Source: Candidatus Yanofskybacteria bacterium RIFCSPLOWO2_01_FULL_42_49
GTDB taxonomy: Bacteria; Patescibacteriota; Minisyncoccia; 2-02-FULL-40-12; GWA2-44-9
Assembly: GCA_001795615.1 (NCBI GenBank)
Contig: MGKI01000011.1
Span: 44,996 to 108,995 of the forward strand
Length of the DNA: 64,000 nucleotides
Direction of reading: 5' to 3'
Part shown: positions 18,595 through 28,846 of the stretch, one piece after another
How positions within the stretch are numbered: position 1 is the stretch's first letter
Layout of the letters: each line of letters opens with the position of its first letter
Notes under the pieces: generated by a model
Database searches by the model: none
Told to the model about the DNA's origin: nothing
The model's input: only the letters and a program-made list of their open reading frames with translations
Made by a program: the position numbers and the translations under genes

Positions 18595-20906
18595 TGAATC
18601 TAGTCATCGTTGAGTCACCTACAAAAAGTCGCACAATTTCAAAATTCCTTGATAGGAGTTTTTCGATTCGCGCTTCCGTCGGCCATATTCGCGATCTTCC
18701 TAAAAGCAACAAAAAAGCCGTCGATATCAAAGGGGGGTTTATCCCCCATTACGAAATAAGCGAAGGCAAGAAAGACATCATTGATGATCTTAAAAAAACC
18801 GCCGCAAAGGCCGATGAAATTTATCTGGCTACTGACCCTGACAGAGAAGGTGAAGCAATCGCATGGCACATTGCCCAGGTATTAAACCTGGGAAACTCTA
18901 AATCCGACAGAGATTCCCGGCTTCACACGGGAACCTTTTCCAAGCAAACTCTAAACTCTAAACAATCTCAAATCTCAAATCTCAAATCTCAAAAAATTAA
19001 ACGAATTGTTTTTCACGAGATTACAAAAGAAGCTATACAGGAAGCACTCAAGCATCCTCGTGAAATAGATAAAAAACTTGTAAAAGCGCAGGAGGCGCGA
19101 CGAGTACTCGACCGTCTGGTTGGTTATGACTTATCCGGGTTGATTTGGAAAAAGGTGCGTTACGGACTTTCCGCGGGCCGGGTCCAGTCGCCGGCTCTTC
19201 GCATTATTGCCGAGCGCGAACGCGAAATCCAAGCTTTTAAAAGCGAGGATTATTACATTATTACCGCTGATGTTTTTGGAGGGAATAAGACAGTATTTCA
19301 AGTTACCTGCGAAGATCAGCCTAAAGACGCGAAAATCGCTGAAACCATTCTGGCTAAGAGTAAAACCGGATCATGGTTCGTCAAAAATATTGAAGAAGGA
19401 GAAGCTAAGCGTTCGCCTAGATCACCTTTCACCACATCAACCCTGCAGCAATCTGCGAGTTCGCGTTTGGGATTCTCTCCGTCCCGAACCATGGGCATAG
19501 CCCAAAAACTATATGAACAGGGCTACATCACCTATATGCGCACCGACAGTTTAAATATCGCCTCTTCCGCCCAAGGACAGATTGTAAACCTGATTGAGCA
19601 AAAATACGGCAAACAATATGCCGAGCCAAGAACATATAAGACTAAGAGCAAAAGCGCTCAAGAAGCCCACGAAGCAATCCGGCCGACAAATTCAGCTAGA
19701 GAAATCGCCGGCCACACCGAGGAACAAAAAAAGCTTTATCGCCTAATCAGGGAAAGAACAATCGCCTCTCAAATGGCCGATGCTAAAATTTTGCGAGCCA
19801 AGATAACAGCAAACACCAGAGAAGGGGGTATCCCCGATTTTGCCACAACCGGTTCAAGGGTTCTTTTTGACGGCTGGCTGGCTTGCGATACCAGAGCCAG
19901 AGGTGAAGATATAGAATTGCCGAAAGTCGTTAAAGACGAGCCGCTCACCTTGAAAGACATAATCAGTGAAGAAAAACATACCGAGCCGCCGCCCCGTTAT
20001 ACCGAGGCTGGCCTTGTTAAAGAGTTGGAAAAGCGCGGAATCGGAAGACCGTCTACTTATGCTTCTATTATTAAAACTTTGTACGATAGAAAATATGTAG
20101 AAAAAGAAGGTCGGGCGCTTAAACCGACAGACACAGGAGAAGTTGTCAGTTCTTTCCTTGAAAAAAATTTTATGGCCTATATCAATGACACTTTTACAGC
20201 TGAAATGGAAGACGAACTTGACGATATAGCAACCGGCAAAAGAGACTATGTTAAAACCCTCCAGGATTTTTACGTGCCTTTTCATAAAGATGTTAAAGCC
20301 AAAGAAAAAATAGACAAGCTGACCAACCTCGGTGCAGCGCCAACAAAATGGAAATGCCCGGAATGCGGCAATGCCATGATAATTAAACTTGGCAAGAGCG
20401 GGAAATTCATGAGTTGCGAACGATATCCGGAATGCAAAGGATCTCGTCGTATTGACGGTTCGGTGGTAGAGCCAAACAAACCTATCGGGACCGATCCGAA
20501 AACCGGCCTGCCAATCTTTGTTATGGAAGGAAAATTCGGACCTTATGTTCAAATCGGAGAAACCCATTCGACAAGCTCAGGGCAAGATATTAAAGAAAAG
20601 GTAAAGCCAAAAAGAGCAAGCGTCCCCAAAGGCAAAGACCCGGCAACGGTCAGTCAAGAAGAAGCTCTTAAATATTTAAGCCTGCCCCGCATACTCGGCA
20701 CTCACCCGGAAACCGGAAAAGAAATCGTTGCCAATATCGGCCGTTTTGGGCCTTATATTATGCACGACGGTGACTTTCGATCGCTTAAAAAAGATTCCGG
20801 AGATAATGTTTACACGATTGAACTATCCCGTGCCCTTGAAATATTGAAAGAAGAGAAAAAGATCGGGCGCCGAAGAAAAATTGAAGACAAGAGCGAAAAA
20901 CATTGA
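18595..20906 (+). CDS. topA: DNA topoisomerase I. Has a low-complexity in-frame insert (…KQTLNSKQSQISNLKSQKIK…) and C-terminal Zn-ribbon repeats.
   Basis: MNLVIVESPTKSRTISKFL Toprim start. RVLDRLVGYDLSGLIWKKV. CPECG/C-x-RYPEC zinc ribbons. Start taken at ATG 18595 rather than the upstream alternative start at 18534. Confidence 0.9.
18947..18996. repeat. In-frame heptamer microsatellite in topA (ctctaaa ×2, ctcaaat ×4).
   Basis: caaactctaaactctaaacaatctcaaatctcaaatctcaaatctcaaaaaa. Confidence 0.85.
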
Positions 20907-20940
20907 AAATTACTCCCAAAAGAGTAATTTTCTTTTATAC

Positions 20941-22671
20941 ATGGAAGGTCTATTATCAAAAATCTTAGAGAGTCCCGGGGGCGCTAAAAATCCTGCTTTG
21001 TTAGAGAAGGCTTTTCAATTTGCCGAAAAAGCTCATGCCGGACAAAAACGGCTATCCGGAGAAGAATACATCGTCCATCCTCTGAATGTGGCTAATTTTC
21101 TGGCCGAACTCGGGCTTGATCCCTCAACCATAGCGGCTGGCTTCCTCCACGATGTTTTGGAAGATACGAAAATTACGCTTGAAGAACTTAGAAAAGAATT
21201 TGGCGAAGATATCACTTTTTTGGTTGAAGGCATGACAAAATTAAGGAAAATATCCGATGCGGCCAACAAAGAAGAAAGCGTTCACAGGGGCCACTTCAAC
21301 TCGCTTAAAAAAATGTTCTTCGCTACCGCCGAAGACATCAGGGTAATCCTAATCAAGCTGGCTGATAAATATCACAACATGGAAACCCTCAAATTTATGT
21401 CCAAACCCGACCAGAAAAGAATTGCAACAGAGACGCTGGAGATATACGCTCCCGTAGCCGCTCGGCTTGGAATGGGACGACTAAAAGGCCAGCTTGAAGA
21501 TTTGGCTTTTCCGTATGTATATCCAAAAGAATATTCCTGGCTTTTAAAAAAAGTAAAAGAAAAATATACAGACAGAATTGATTATATTGAGAGGACAAAA
21601 CCTCTCATCAGAAGATATCTCAAAGACGCTGGAGTTCCAGTCATTGATCTACATTCAAGAGCAAAACATTATTACAGCTTATATCAAAAGCTCGAGAGAA
21701 AAGAAATGGACTTGGACAAAATACACGACCTGGTCGCAATGAGAATAATCGTTCCCGACATAAAGTCATGCTATGAAGCGTTGGGCGTAATACATAAACA
21801 CTACAAACCCTTGCCCGGCTTGATAAAGGACTACATAGCGCTTCCCAAGCCAAACGGATACCAGTCACTCCACACTACAATATTTTGCGAAAAAGGACGG
21901 CTCGTCGAAATACAAATACGCACAGAAAGTATGCACGACTACGCCGAAAACGGTATCGCCGCCCACTGGGCCTATGGCGAGAGCGGGAAAAAAGCTCCGG
22001 TATCGGCTAATGCCAGAGAAATCGAATGGGTTTCGCAACTGAAAAGATTTCTGGAAGAACAAAAAACCGAGGACGGGCTGTCGAACCTCAAAATCGATTT
22101 CTTCAAAAACCGAATATTTGTTTTTTCCCCAAAAGGCGATGTAAAAGATTTGCCTGAAGGCGCGACTCCGATTGATTTTGCTTATGCGATCCACACCGAC
22201 CTCGGCCATGCTACCAAGGGAGCAAAAATTAACGGCAAGATCGTTTCTCTGGACTATGAGCTGAGGAATGGCGATGTGGTTGAGATAATAAAGGGAAAAG
22301 AAAAAAAACCGTCATTTGACTGGCTGAAAATAGTTAAAACAGCAATGGCTAAAAAATCTATTTTATCTTGGTTTAGAGAAACTGGGGACGTTAGAGTAGA
22401 AAAAATTGAAGACAAACCAACCAAGCGTAAAACACAAACCGGAAAACGAAAAGCAAATGTGGCCATGATAAAAACCGGCGAACTCTTGATAGCCGGCCAG
22501 CGGGGACTTCTCTATAAAATAGCCAGATGCTGCAACCCGACCCCGAACCAAACAATAAAGGGATACATGACGCTCACCAAAGGAATAAGCATCCACAATC
22601 ACAACTGTTCAAACATAAAAAACGCTTCCGAAGCTAGACTGGTAAGCGTTTTGTGGGAATCAAAAAAATAG
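20941..22671 (+). CDS. relA: Bifunctional (p)ppGpp synthetase/hydrolase (RSH; RelA/SpoT).
   Basis: HD hydrolase HPLNVANFLAELGLDPSTIAAGFLHDVLEDT, synthetase domain, TGS region and C-terminal ACT-like region. Start taken at ATG 20941 (MEGLLSK); the track start at 20881 is TTG. Confidence 0.85.
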   Translation: MEGLLSKILESPGGAKNPALLEKAFQFAEKAHAGQKRLSGEEYIVHPLNVANFLAELGLDPSTIAAGFLHDVLEDTKITLEELRKEFGEDITFLVEGMTKLRKISDAANKEESVHRGHFNSLKKMFFATAEDIRVILIKLADKYHNMETLKFMSKPDQKRIATETLEIYAPVAARLGMGRLKGQLEDLAFPYVYPKEYSWLLKKVKEKYTDRIDYIERTKPLIRRYLKDAGVPVIDLHSRAKHYYSLYQKLERKEMDLDKIHDLVAMRIIVPDIKSCYEALGVIHKHYKPLPGLIKDYIALPKPNGYQSLHTTIFCEKGRLVEIQIRTESMHDYAENGIAAHWAYGESGKKAPVSANAREIEWVSQLKRFLEEQKTEDGLSNLKIDFFKNRIFVFSPKGDVKDLPEGATPIDFAYAIHTDLGHATKGAKINGKIVSLDYELRNGDVVEIIKGKEKKPSFDWLKIVKTAMAKKSILSWFRETGDVRVEKIEDKPTKRKTQTGKRKANVAMIKTGELLIAGQRGLLYKIARCCNPTPNQTIKGYMTLTKGISIHNHNCSNIKNASEARLVSVLWESKK

Positions 22672-22676
22672 GAAAT

Positions 22677-23549
22677 CTAGTCGATGATCGACTTGGCGAT
22701 CTCGTTGAGGTCTTGGAGAGTAGTGAATCGGATGACTATCTTGCCGCCTTTTTCAGCCGCGTGAATAAGTACCGGAGCCTTAAGCGTTTCGCTCAAGTTC
22801 TTTTCAAGTTCCAAGAATTTATTATCAATTTTCGACTTCCTGGTATTGCTCTTGCGAGAAGAAGCAATGCTTTCAACCTCCTTTGATGAAACGCCGCCGG
22901 CCAATATCTGCTTGTACATCTCTCTCTGCTTTCCTTCATCACTGAAAGCAAGAAGCGCCCGCGCATGAGCACGACTTAATTTACCGGAGCGCAACGATTC
23001 TTTTATGTCTTTCGGCAAGCCAAGCAAACGAATTGCATTAGCGACGACCTCTCTTGATTTAGAAACTTTTTCGGCAATTTCTTTTTGGGTTAAATTAAAT
23101 TCTTTAGAGAATCTGTCATACGCTTCCGCTTCTTCAACGGGGTTCAGATCCTTTCGCTGGATATTCTCTATAAGCGCAACTTCGAGATTAGCTTTGGGCT
23201 CTTCAAGATCGTCCCTGATAATAACCGGGACATGAGGCAAACCAGCGGCTTTGGCCGCCCTTAACCTTCTTTCTCCGGCGATTAACTGGTAGTAAACATT
23301 TAAACCCTGCCTGTTTTCTTCTTCAACTTTTGAAACTAAAAGGGGCTGTAAAACTCCGTATTTTCTTATTGATTTAGACAGTTCTTTCAGCCCGTCATCA
23401 TCAAAATCGTGCCTCGGCTGTTCGGGATTTGGCCTTATCTTGTTTACTTCAACATAAAAAACGCTGTCCTTTTTTACTTCAGGAATTATGTGTTTAGCGT
23501 CGGGAATCAACGAGTTTAAACCTTTACCTAATCCAAATAACTTTTTCAT
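22677..23549 (-). CDS. parB: Chromosome partitioning protein ParB/Spo0J.
   Basis: LIAGERRLRAAKAAGL ParB box plus HTH. 290 aa. Confidence 0.85.
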   Translation of the reverse strand: MKKLFGLGKGLNSLIPDAKHIIPEVKKDSVFYVEVNKIRPNPEQPRHDFDDDGLKELSKSIRKYGVLQPLLVSKVEEENRQGLNVYYQLIAGERRLRAAKAAGLPHVPVIIRDDLEEPKANLEVALIENIQRKDLNPVEEAEAYDRFSKEFNLTQKEIAEKVSKSREVVANAIRLLGLPKDIKESLRSGKLSRAHARALLAFSDEGKQREMYKQILAGGVSSKEVESIASSRKSNTRKSKIDNKFLELEKNLSETLKAPVLIHAAEKGGKIVIRFTTLQDLNEIAKSIID

Positions 23550-23550
23550 A

Positions 23551-23637
23551 AATGTAATACGAATTCTACGAATATCACACGAATACTGCGAATAATTCGT
23601 GGTATTCGCATATTATTCGTTATATTCGTATTATGTT
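23551..23637. repeat. ACGAAT-rich leader element, copy D, between parA and parB, ending 4 nt upstream of the parB ATG.
   Basis: aatgtaatacgaattctacgaatatcacacgaatactgcgaataattcgtggtattcgcatattattcgttatattcgtattatg. Confidence 0.8.
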
Positions 23638-23639
23638 GA

Positions 23640-24404
23640 TTAACTTGTTAACCTTATGACTTCCTCCGCCAATTGCCTATACGCTCTTGCCGCACGGGAA
23701 CCAGGGTCAAACTGCAAAATTGTTTTACCGAAACTTGGTGCTTCGGCCAATGACACCAACCGAGGAATAACAGCATTGAAAACTCGGCCGGGGAAATTTT
23801 TGTGGATCTCATTCATCACTTGGTGCGATAACTGGTTCCTCTTATCATACATTGTAAGCAATACCCCAAGCACTTGCAAATCAGGGTTAAGCCCTTGCCG
23901 GACAAGGTTGATTGTATTAAGCAGCTGGCTTAATCCTTCTAGTGCGAAGTATTCGCACTGAACCGGAATTACCACATTCTCTGAAGCAGCCAAAGCATTA
24001 ACGGTCAAAAGCCCTAGCGAAGGCGGACAATCAATCAGTATGTAGTCATAATTTGTACGAATTGAGTTTAGAACTTTCTTGAGACGGGTTTCTCTTTCAT
24101 CCATCGTAACCAGTTCTACGGTAGCACCGGCCAAGCTTTGAGCGGCGGGAAGAATGTCAAAGCCAAAGATTGATGTCTTTCTTATTATCGTCTCTGGATT
24201 TTGGTCAACGACAAGAGAATGATAAACATTGGGGTGATCTTGTTTTAGACTTACTCCAATACCAATCGTAGCATTTGCTTGAGAGTCTAAATCAACCAAT
24301 AAAACATATCTGCCCATAGCCGCAAGGTAGGCGGCTAAATTAGTGGCAGTAGTGGTCTTGCCAACTCCCCCTTTTTGATTGCAAACACTTATTACTCTAG
24401 CCAT
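23640..24404 (-). CDS. parA: Chromosome partitioning ATPase ParA/Soj.
   Basis: ISVCNQKGGVGKTTTATNLAAYLA deviant Walker A. 254 aa. Confidence 0.9.
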   Translation of the reverse strand: MARVISVCNQKGGVGKTTTATNLAAYLAAMGRYVLLVDLDSQANATIGIGVSLKQDHPNVYHSLVVDQNPETIIRKTSIFGFDILPAAQSLAGATVELVTMDERETRLKKVLNSIRTNYDYILIDCPPSLGLLTVNALAASENVVIPVQCEYFALEGLSQLLNTINLVRQGLNPDLQVLGVLLTMYDKRNQLSHQVMNEIHKNFPGRVFNAVIPRLVSLAEAPSFGKTILQFDPGSRAARAYRQLAEEVIRLTS

Positions 24405-24442
24405 ATATAGTTTAATTCTATAACTCTGATATAATTTTGCAA

Positions 24443-24471
24443 TTGAAAATTATCGAATAAAATGGTAAAAT
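24443..24471 (+). promoter_or_regulatory. Sigma70-like promoter for tRNA-Leu: TTGAAA-17-TG-n-TAAAAT (extended -10).
   Basis: ttgaaa (24443..24448), 17-nt spacer, tggTAAAAT (24464..24471), about 11 nt upstream of the mature tRNA 5' end. Confidence 0.5.
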
Positions 24472-24482
24472 TTATACAAGTT

Positions 24483-24569
24483 GCTCGAGTGGCGGAATTG
24501 GCATACGCGCGTGACTCAAAATCGCGTGTCCTTACGGACTTGTGGGTTCAACTCCCACCTCGAGCACCA
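24483..24569 (+). tRNA. tRNA-Leu(CAA), class II with long variable arm. CCA is encoded.
   Basis: Acceptor GCTCGAG/CTCGAGC. D-arm gcgg…cgc. Anticodon stem cgtga/tcgcg with loop cTCAAaa. Variable arm gtcc-ttac-ggac. T-arm gtggg-TTCAACT-cccac. Ends A-CCA. Confidence 0.85.
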
Positions 24570-24653
24570 GTAAGGAAATTGTAGGAGCTTTACAAATAGT
24601 AAAATTGGCATATACTATGCTCCAGATCTCAAGTAAAGTAAAAGGGCTCAGAC

Positions 24654-24905
24654 ATGGACAAGAACAGAATGGCAGTATTGGTGGAAAAAGCCCTAGATGG
24701 CCGGATATCAAAGAAAGGGGCAGCTGACTTATTAAAAGCTCTCTGGCACAAATTCTGGAACGGCGGCCTTGAAAATCATAAAGAGAAGGTGGTTTTATAT
24801 GCTTATACGGTCTTCGACTTTCGGCATAACAGCTTGCGAGAAAAAAGAAACGAATGTATAAAAAGAGAGCTGGAAAGACAAAGAGTACGAACTGCTATAA
24901 TTTAA
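24654..24905 (+). CDS. Hypothetical small protein (83 aa).
   Basis: ORF followed by a weak hairpin plus T-run (24919..24945). No recognisable domain. Confidence 0.3.
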   Translation: MDKNRMAVLVEKALDGRISKKGAADLLKALWHKFWNGGLENHKEKVVLYAYTVFDFRHNSLREKRNECIKRELERQRVRTAII

Positions 24906-25006
24906 AAAACAGTCCCAGTGCCCATTACGGGCATTTTTGTTTACACTAATATTCCGATATGGTAAGGTGATTCTCAGATTATCATTTACAAATAAGCCGA
25001 GGCATA

Positions 25007-25567
25007 ATGAGAAAGCTGCAATGGCTCATAGCGATTATAAGTATTCTGACTGGAATTTTTCTGTTCTCGTTCCCACTTAACGGCACCGATAAAGAACTCC
25101 GTCCAATTGTACTTCCTGACGACTATGACCAACTCAAAGTTGCGGCCAGAGGCACCGTTTCATGCACCCAAAACGAATCTTTCTCAGCGGGAATGGCAGA
25201 CCTTTTGGTATATCCCGACCCCAAAAGTCCTAAACACTATATCATCATCACATCTAATACCGGTTTAACGGACGGCGACCTTGGTAAAAGCGACGAAGAA
25301 CTGAGGGACAAGATGGCGCTTTTATCCCCCTATGCCCTCTTCCACCTGCAAGTTCTAGACAATAAGCAGGTCAAGATAAGCTCCTTCATGAGAGAAGGAG
25401 ATATGTGGCTAGAAGCCCTCAAGCTCTGGCAAACAAGATTTGACATGAACTGGGAACTTGTGGACACACAAACCAGAAATGCAGGCCAAAATGATAATGT
25501 CGGAGATAAAATGCTGGAAGACATTTATAAAATGAGTTGTAAGCTGTCGGTAGGAACCATTCACTGA
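25007..25567 (+). CDS. Hypothetical membrane-anchored protein (N-terminal TM helix).
   Basis: MRKLQWLIAIISILTGIFLFSF, then a soluble domain. Followed by a bidirectional terminator. Confidence 0.5.
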   Translation: MRKLQWLIAIISILTGIFLFSFPLNGTDKELRPIVLPDDYDQLKVAARGTVSCTQNESFSAGMADLLVYPDPKSPKHYIIITSNTGLTDGDLGKSDEELRDKMALLSPYALFHLQVLDNKQVKISSFMREGDMWLEALKLWQTRFDMNWELVDTQTRNAGQNDNVGDKMLEDIYKMSCKLSVGTIH

Positions 25568-25586
25568 CGATAACGCTCCCTACTGC

Positions 25587-25610
25587 AAACCCCGGCATTA
25601 GCCGGGGTTT
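25587..25610. terminator. Rho-independent bidirectional terminator aaaccccggc-atta-gccggggttt between a convergent gene pair.
   Basis: GC-rich 10-bp stem flanked by A- and T-runs. Confidence 0.7.
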
Positions 25611-27479
25611 TTATTCTACAGTAACACTTTTAGCTAAATTTCGTGGTTTATCGACATCATATCCCCGCATCACACCTACATAGTAAGCAAAAAGGTGAAG
25701 CGGGCTAGCCGAAAGAATCGGAGTTAGCATTTCCAGCATCTTCGGAATATATACGACATCGTCGGCAATTTTTGATATTTCTTTGTTGCCTTCAGTGGCA
25801 ATAGCAATAACCTTTCCGTTTCTGGCTTTTATTTCTTGGATATTGCTAACTACCTTTTCATAAACACTGTCAGAGGGAGCAATAATCATGCTCGGAAAAT
25901 TTTTATCTATCATTGCTATCGGCCCATGCTTCATCTCCCCCGCTCCGTAACCTTCAGCGTGAATATAGGAAACCTCTTTTAATTTTAGAGCACCCTCAAG
26001 GGCGACGGGATAGTTATATTTTCTTCCAAGATAAAAAAAGTGGCCGTGTTTATGATATTTTCTTGCAATTTTTTTGATATTCGGCGCTTCCTTCAAGACC
26101 CTTCTCATTTTTTCTGGCAAAGTTGAGAGTTCAGAAGCAATGCGTTTTCCCATTACCAAAGACATGCCCCTTTGACGGCCCACGAAAAGGGTTAAAAGAG
26201 ATAACACGGCTAGCTGTGAAACAAACGCCTTTGTAGAAGCAACGCTTACTTCCGGCCCGGCGTGATTATATACTCCAGCATTGGTCTCACGAGCAATGGA
26301 AGATCCGACCACATTAACTAAGCCCAAATTAAGAACCCCTTTTCTTTTTGCTTCCTTTAACGCCTCGAGGGTATCAGCGGTCTCTCCCGATTGGCTTATG
26401 GATAAAAGAGCGGTTCTGGCGTCAAATAGTTGTTTTTTATATCTGAGTTCCGAAGCGTATTCAACCTCAACCGGCATCCCGCCGTATTCTTCAAGCATAT
26501 ACTCTCCAGTAAGGCCAGCTAGATATGCCGTACCGCAGGCAGAAATTATCAAACGGTTCAGCCGTTTCATTTTATCCTCCACCGATTCAAGCCCCCCAAG
26601 TTTAGCAAGGCCGTCCTTTACGATAAGCCGACCTCTAATAGCGTTCTCTACCGCTTCCGGCTCCTCATAAATTTCTTTGAGCATAAAATGGGGGAAATTA
26701 TTCTTCCTTGCTTCATCTTTCGCGGAGAGAAACCCATGCACAGCCAGGTCTACGGGCGACTGTTCTATTAACTCCTGGCTGCGGAATACTTTTTTCCTAT
26801 CAAGCGTCGCAACTCTAAAATCCGACGGAGTGATAACGGCAAATTCTCCGTCATGAAGATAAACAACTCTTCTGGCGTAAGGCAGAATAGCTGAAACATC
26901 AGAAGCGACAAACTTACTATTTTCAGCAAAGCCGACAAGAAGCGGGCTTGATTTTTTGGCCACTATCATCGTATCCGGGGCATCGGCGCTGATAATAACA
27001 AGGGCATAGGCACCAACTACGGACTCAAGAGTCAGTCGGACCGACTCCTCAAAACTGTACTTTTTTGAGAACTCTTCTATGAGATGAGCCATAACCTCAG
27101 TATCGGTATCCGATTTAAAAATATGGCCTCTTTTTTCAAGTTTGCTTTTTAGTTCTTTGTGGTTTTCTATTATCCCATTGTGAACTAAATGAATCCTTCC
27201 TGTGCAATCGCAATGGGGATGGGCATTTTTATTGGTTGGTTTGCCGTGTGTGGCCCAGCGAGTATGGCCCATGGCAACTGATGATTTAATGCTCCGGGAG
27301 ATAACCTTTTCAAGCTCAAAAACCCTGCCAGATTGTTTTCTCGAGTAGATTTTAGAATTTATCACCGCGGCAAGACCAGACGAATCGTAACCGCGATATT
27401 CAAGACGCTTTAAACCGTCGATAATAATATCGGCCACATTTAACTTATCCTCAGAAACAAAGCCAAAAATACCACACAT
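25611..27479 (-). CDS. glmS: Glutamine--fructose-6-phosphate aminotransferase.
   Basis: MCGIFGFV N-terminal nucleophile plus two SIS domains. 622 aa. Confidence 0.9.
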   Translation of the reverse strand: MCGIFGFVSEDKLNVADIIIDGLKRLEYRGYDSSGLAAVINSKIYSRKQSGRVFELEKVISRSIKSSVAMGHTRWATHGKPTNKNAHPHCDCTGRIHLVHNGIIENHKELKSKLEKRGHIFKSDTDTEVMAHLIEEFSKKYSFEESVRLTLESVVGAYALVIISADAPDTMIVAKKSSPLLVGFAENSKFVASDVSAILPYARRVVYLHDGEFAVITPSDFRVATLDRKKVFRSQELIEQSPVDLAVHGFLSAKDEARKNNFPHFMLKEIYEEPEAVENAIRGRLIVKDGLAKLGGLESVEDKMKRLNRLIISACGTAYLAGLTGEYMLEEYGGMPVEVEYASELRYKKQLFDARTALLSISQSGETADTLEALKEAKRKGVLNLGLVNVVGSSIARETNAGVYNHAGPEVSVASTKAFVSQLAVLSLLTLFVGRQRGMSLVMGKRIASELSTLPEKMRRVLKEAPNIKKIARKYHKHGHFFYLGRKYNYPVALEGALKLKEVSYIHAEGYGAGEMKHGPIAMIDKNFPSMIIAPSDSVYEKVVSNIQEIKARNGKVIAIATEGNKEISKIADDVVYIPKMLEMLTPILSASPLHLFAYYVGVMRGYDVDKPRNLAKSVTVE

Positions 27480-27579
27480 GCCACAAGTATTAAGTATTGA
27501 GAGTTAAGTATCAAGGCCATTAAATCAAAAAGCCATTAAGCGGTTTTAGTCCACAACATTTAATACTGTATACTTAACA

Positions 27580-27921
27580 CTAAGAAGTTGGAGCTTCGGC
27601 GGGAAGCTGTTCTACAGAAGGCGCCGCTGGTTTAGTTTCGGATGCTTGTTCCTTCTTTTTTGGTTTCCAGCTTTGCATTTTGGGCTTATTCCAATATTTA
27701 TAATCTACAAGGAGATTATTAACCGTCGGCGACACTTGAGCGCCTTTTGATGCCCAATATTCAATCCGTTCCATTTTAACATTGAGCTCTTTTTTATGAG
27801 GATCGTAGTTACCCAAAAGCTCCAAAAATTCTCCCTTTGTTTTTTTGGTGTGCTCTAAAACAACTACCCTGAAATAGGCCTGACCTCGCTTCCCTGTTCG
27901 TTGTAATCTAACCTTAAGCAT
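27580..27921 (-). CDS. rpsP: 30S ribosomal protein S16 with Lys/Glu-rich C-terminal extension.
   Basis: MLKVRLQRTGKRGQAYFRVVV. 113 aa. Confidence 0.85.
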   Translation of the reverse strand: MLKVRLQRTGKRGQAYFRVVVLEHTKKTKGEFLELLGNYDPHKKELNVKMERIEYWASKGAQVSPTVNNLLVDYKYWNKPKMQSWKPKKKEQASETKPAAPSVEQLPAEAPTS

Positions 27922-28008
27922 GGGCTATATACTATCAATCTCTCTCAATTTTAGCAAGTTTTAGAATTTGGAATTTGTTATTTGTGATTTGGAATTTCAA
28001 AAGAAAGG

Positions 28009-28698
28009 TTACCATCCTTTCTTTTGAAGCGCGTCTTCCGCCGCCATTTGTTGCGCCTCCTGCTTAGACGGTCCTTGGCCGACTCCAGCCAGTTCTTTTT
28101 CTAAAAATACGCCGACCTTGAAATTCCTTGCATGATCCGGCCCCCACTCTTCAAGCACTTCATAGGTAGGAGTGATGCTGACCTTATCTTGCGCCATTTC
28201 CTGAAACGAGCTCTTGGCGTCTCGGTATAGATGCTTTTCTATTATCATCGGCAGTTCTTTAAGAATAAACCTCTTGATGAATTTTTCGCACGGTTCATAT
28301 CCTTGATCCAAATATATAGCCCCTATTAGCGCTTCGATAGCATTGGCCAAAATATATTGCCTTGCCCGGCCGGTATCTTTTGCCTCTCCGCGCGAAAGAA
28401 GAATATATTCATTCAAATCAAACTCTCCGGTAATTTTTGACAAGATGACCGCATTAACCAGCGCCGCCCGCCAATTGGTCATTTCTCCCTCTGGGTTAGG
28501 ATAATTTTTGTAAAGATATTCCGTAACCACCAATTCTAAAACCGCGTCGCCTAAAAACTCTAGGCGCTCATTGTGGTCCAGTCGCCAGCTCGGATTTTCA
28601 TTAATATATGAACGATGAGTTAAGGCCGTGAGTAGCAGGTCTTTGTTTTTGAATTGAAATCCTATTTTTGACTCTAACTCAGAAGTTTTTTCTAACAT
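28009..28698 (-). CDS. rnc: Ribonuclease III.
   Basis: ERLEFLGDAVLELVV signature plus C-terminal dsRBD. 229 aa. Confidence 0.85.
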   Translation of the reverse strand: MLEKTSELESKIGFQFKNKDLLLTALTHRSYINENPSWRLDHNERLEFLGDAVLELVVTEYLYKNYPNPEGEMTNWRAALVNAVILSKITGEFDLNEYILLSRGEAKDTGRARQYILANAIEALIGAIYLDQGYEPCEKFIKRFILKELPMIIEKHLYRDAKSSFQEMAQDKVSITPTYEVLEEWGPDHARNFKVGVFLEKELAGVGQGPSKQEAQQMAAEDALQKKGW

Positions 28699-28846
28699 TT
28701 ATATTCAGAGCGAGAGGACAATCAATTAGAGACAAGATAGCGAAGCTTGAGCCCAAGACGAATGTTCGGAGGCCGGGTAGCCGAGAGAGAGCGCAAAGCC
28801 CAGCAGGGTTTTGACGCGGTGAGTTGTGGCTTAAGCAAGCGACTGT

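Noticed and set aside
20881-20940. Upstream TTG start for relA/spoT overlapping topA
   Set aside because: A canonical ATG at 20941 (MEGLLSK…) follows immediately and avoids a 26-nt overlap with topA. The 20-aa extension has no homology to Rel N-termini.
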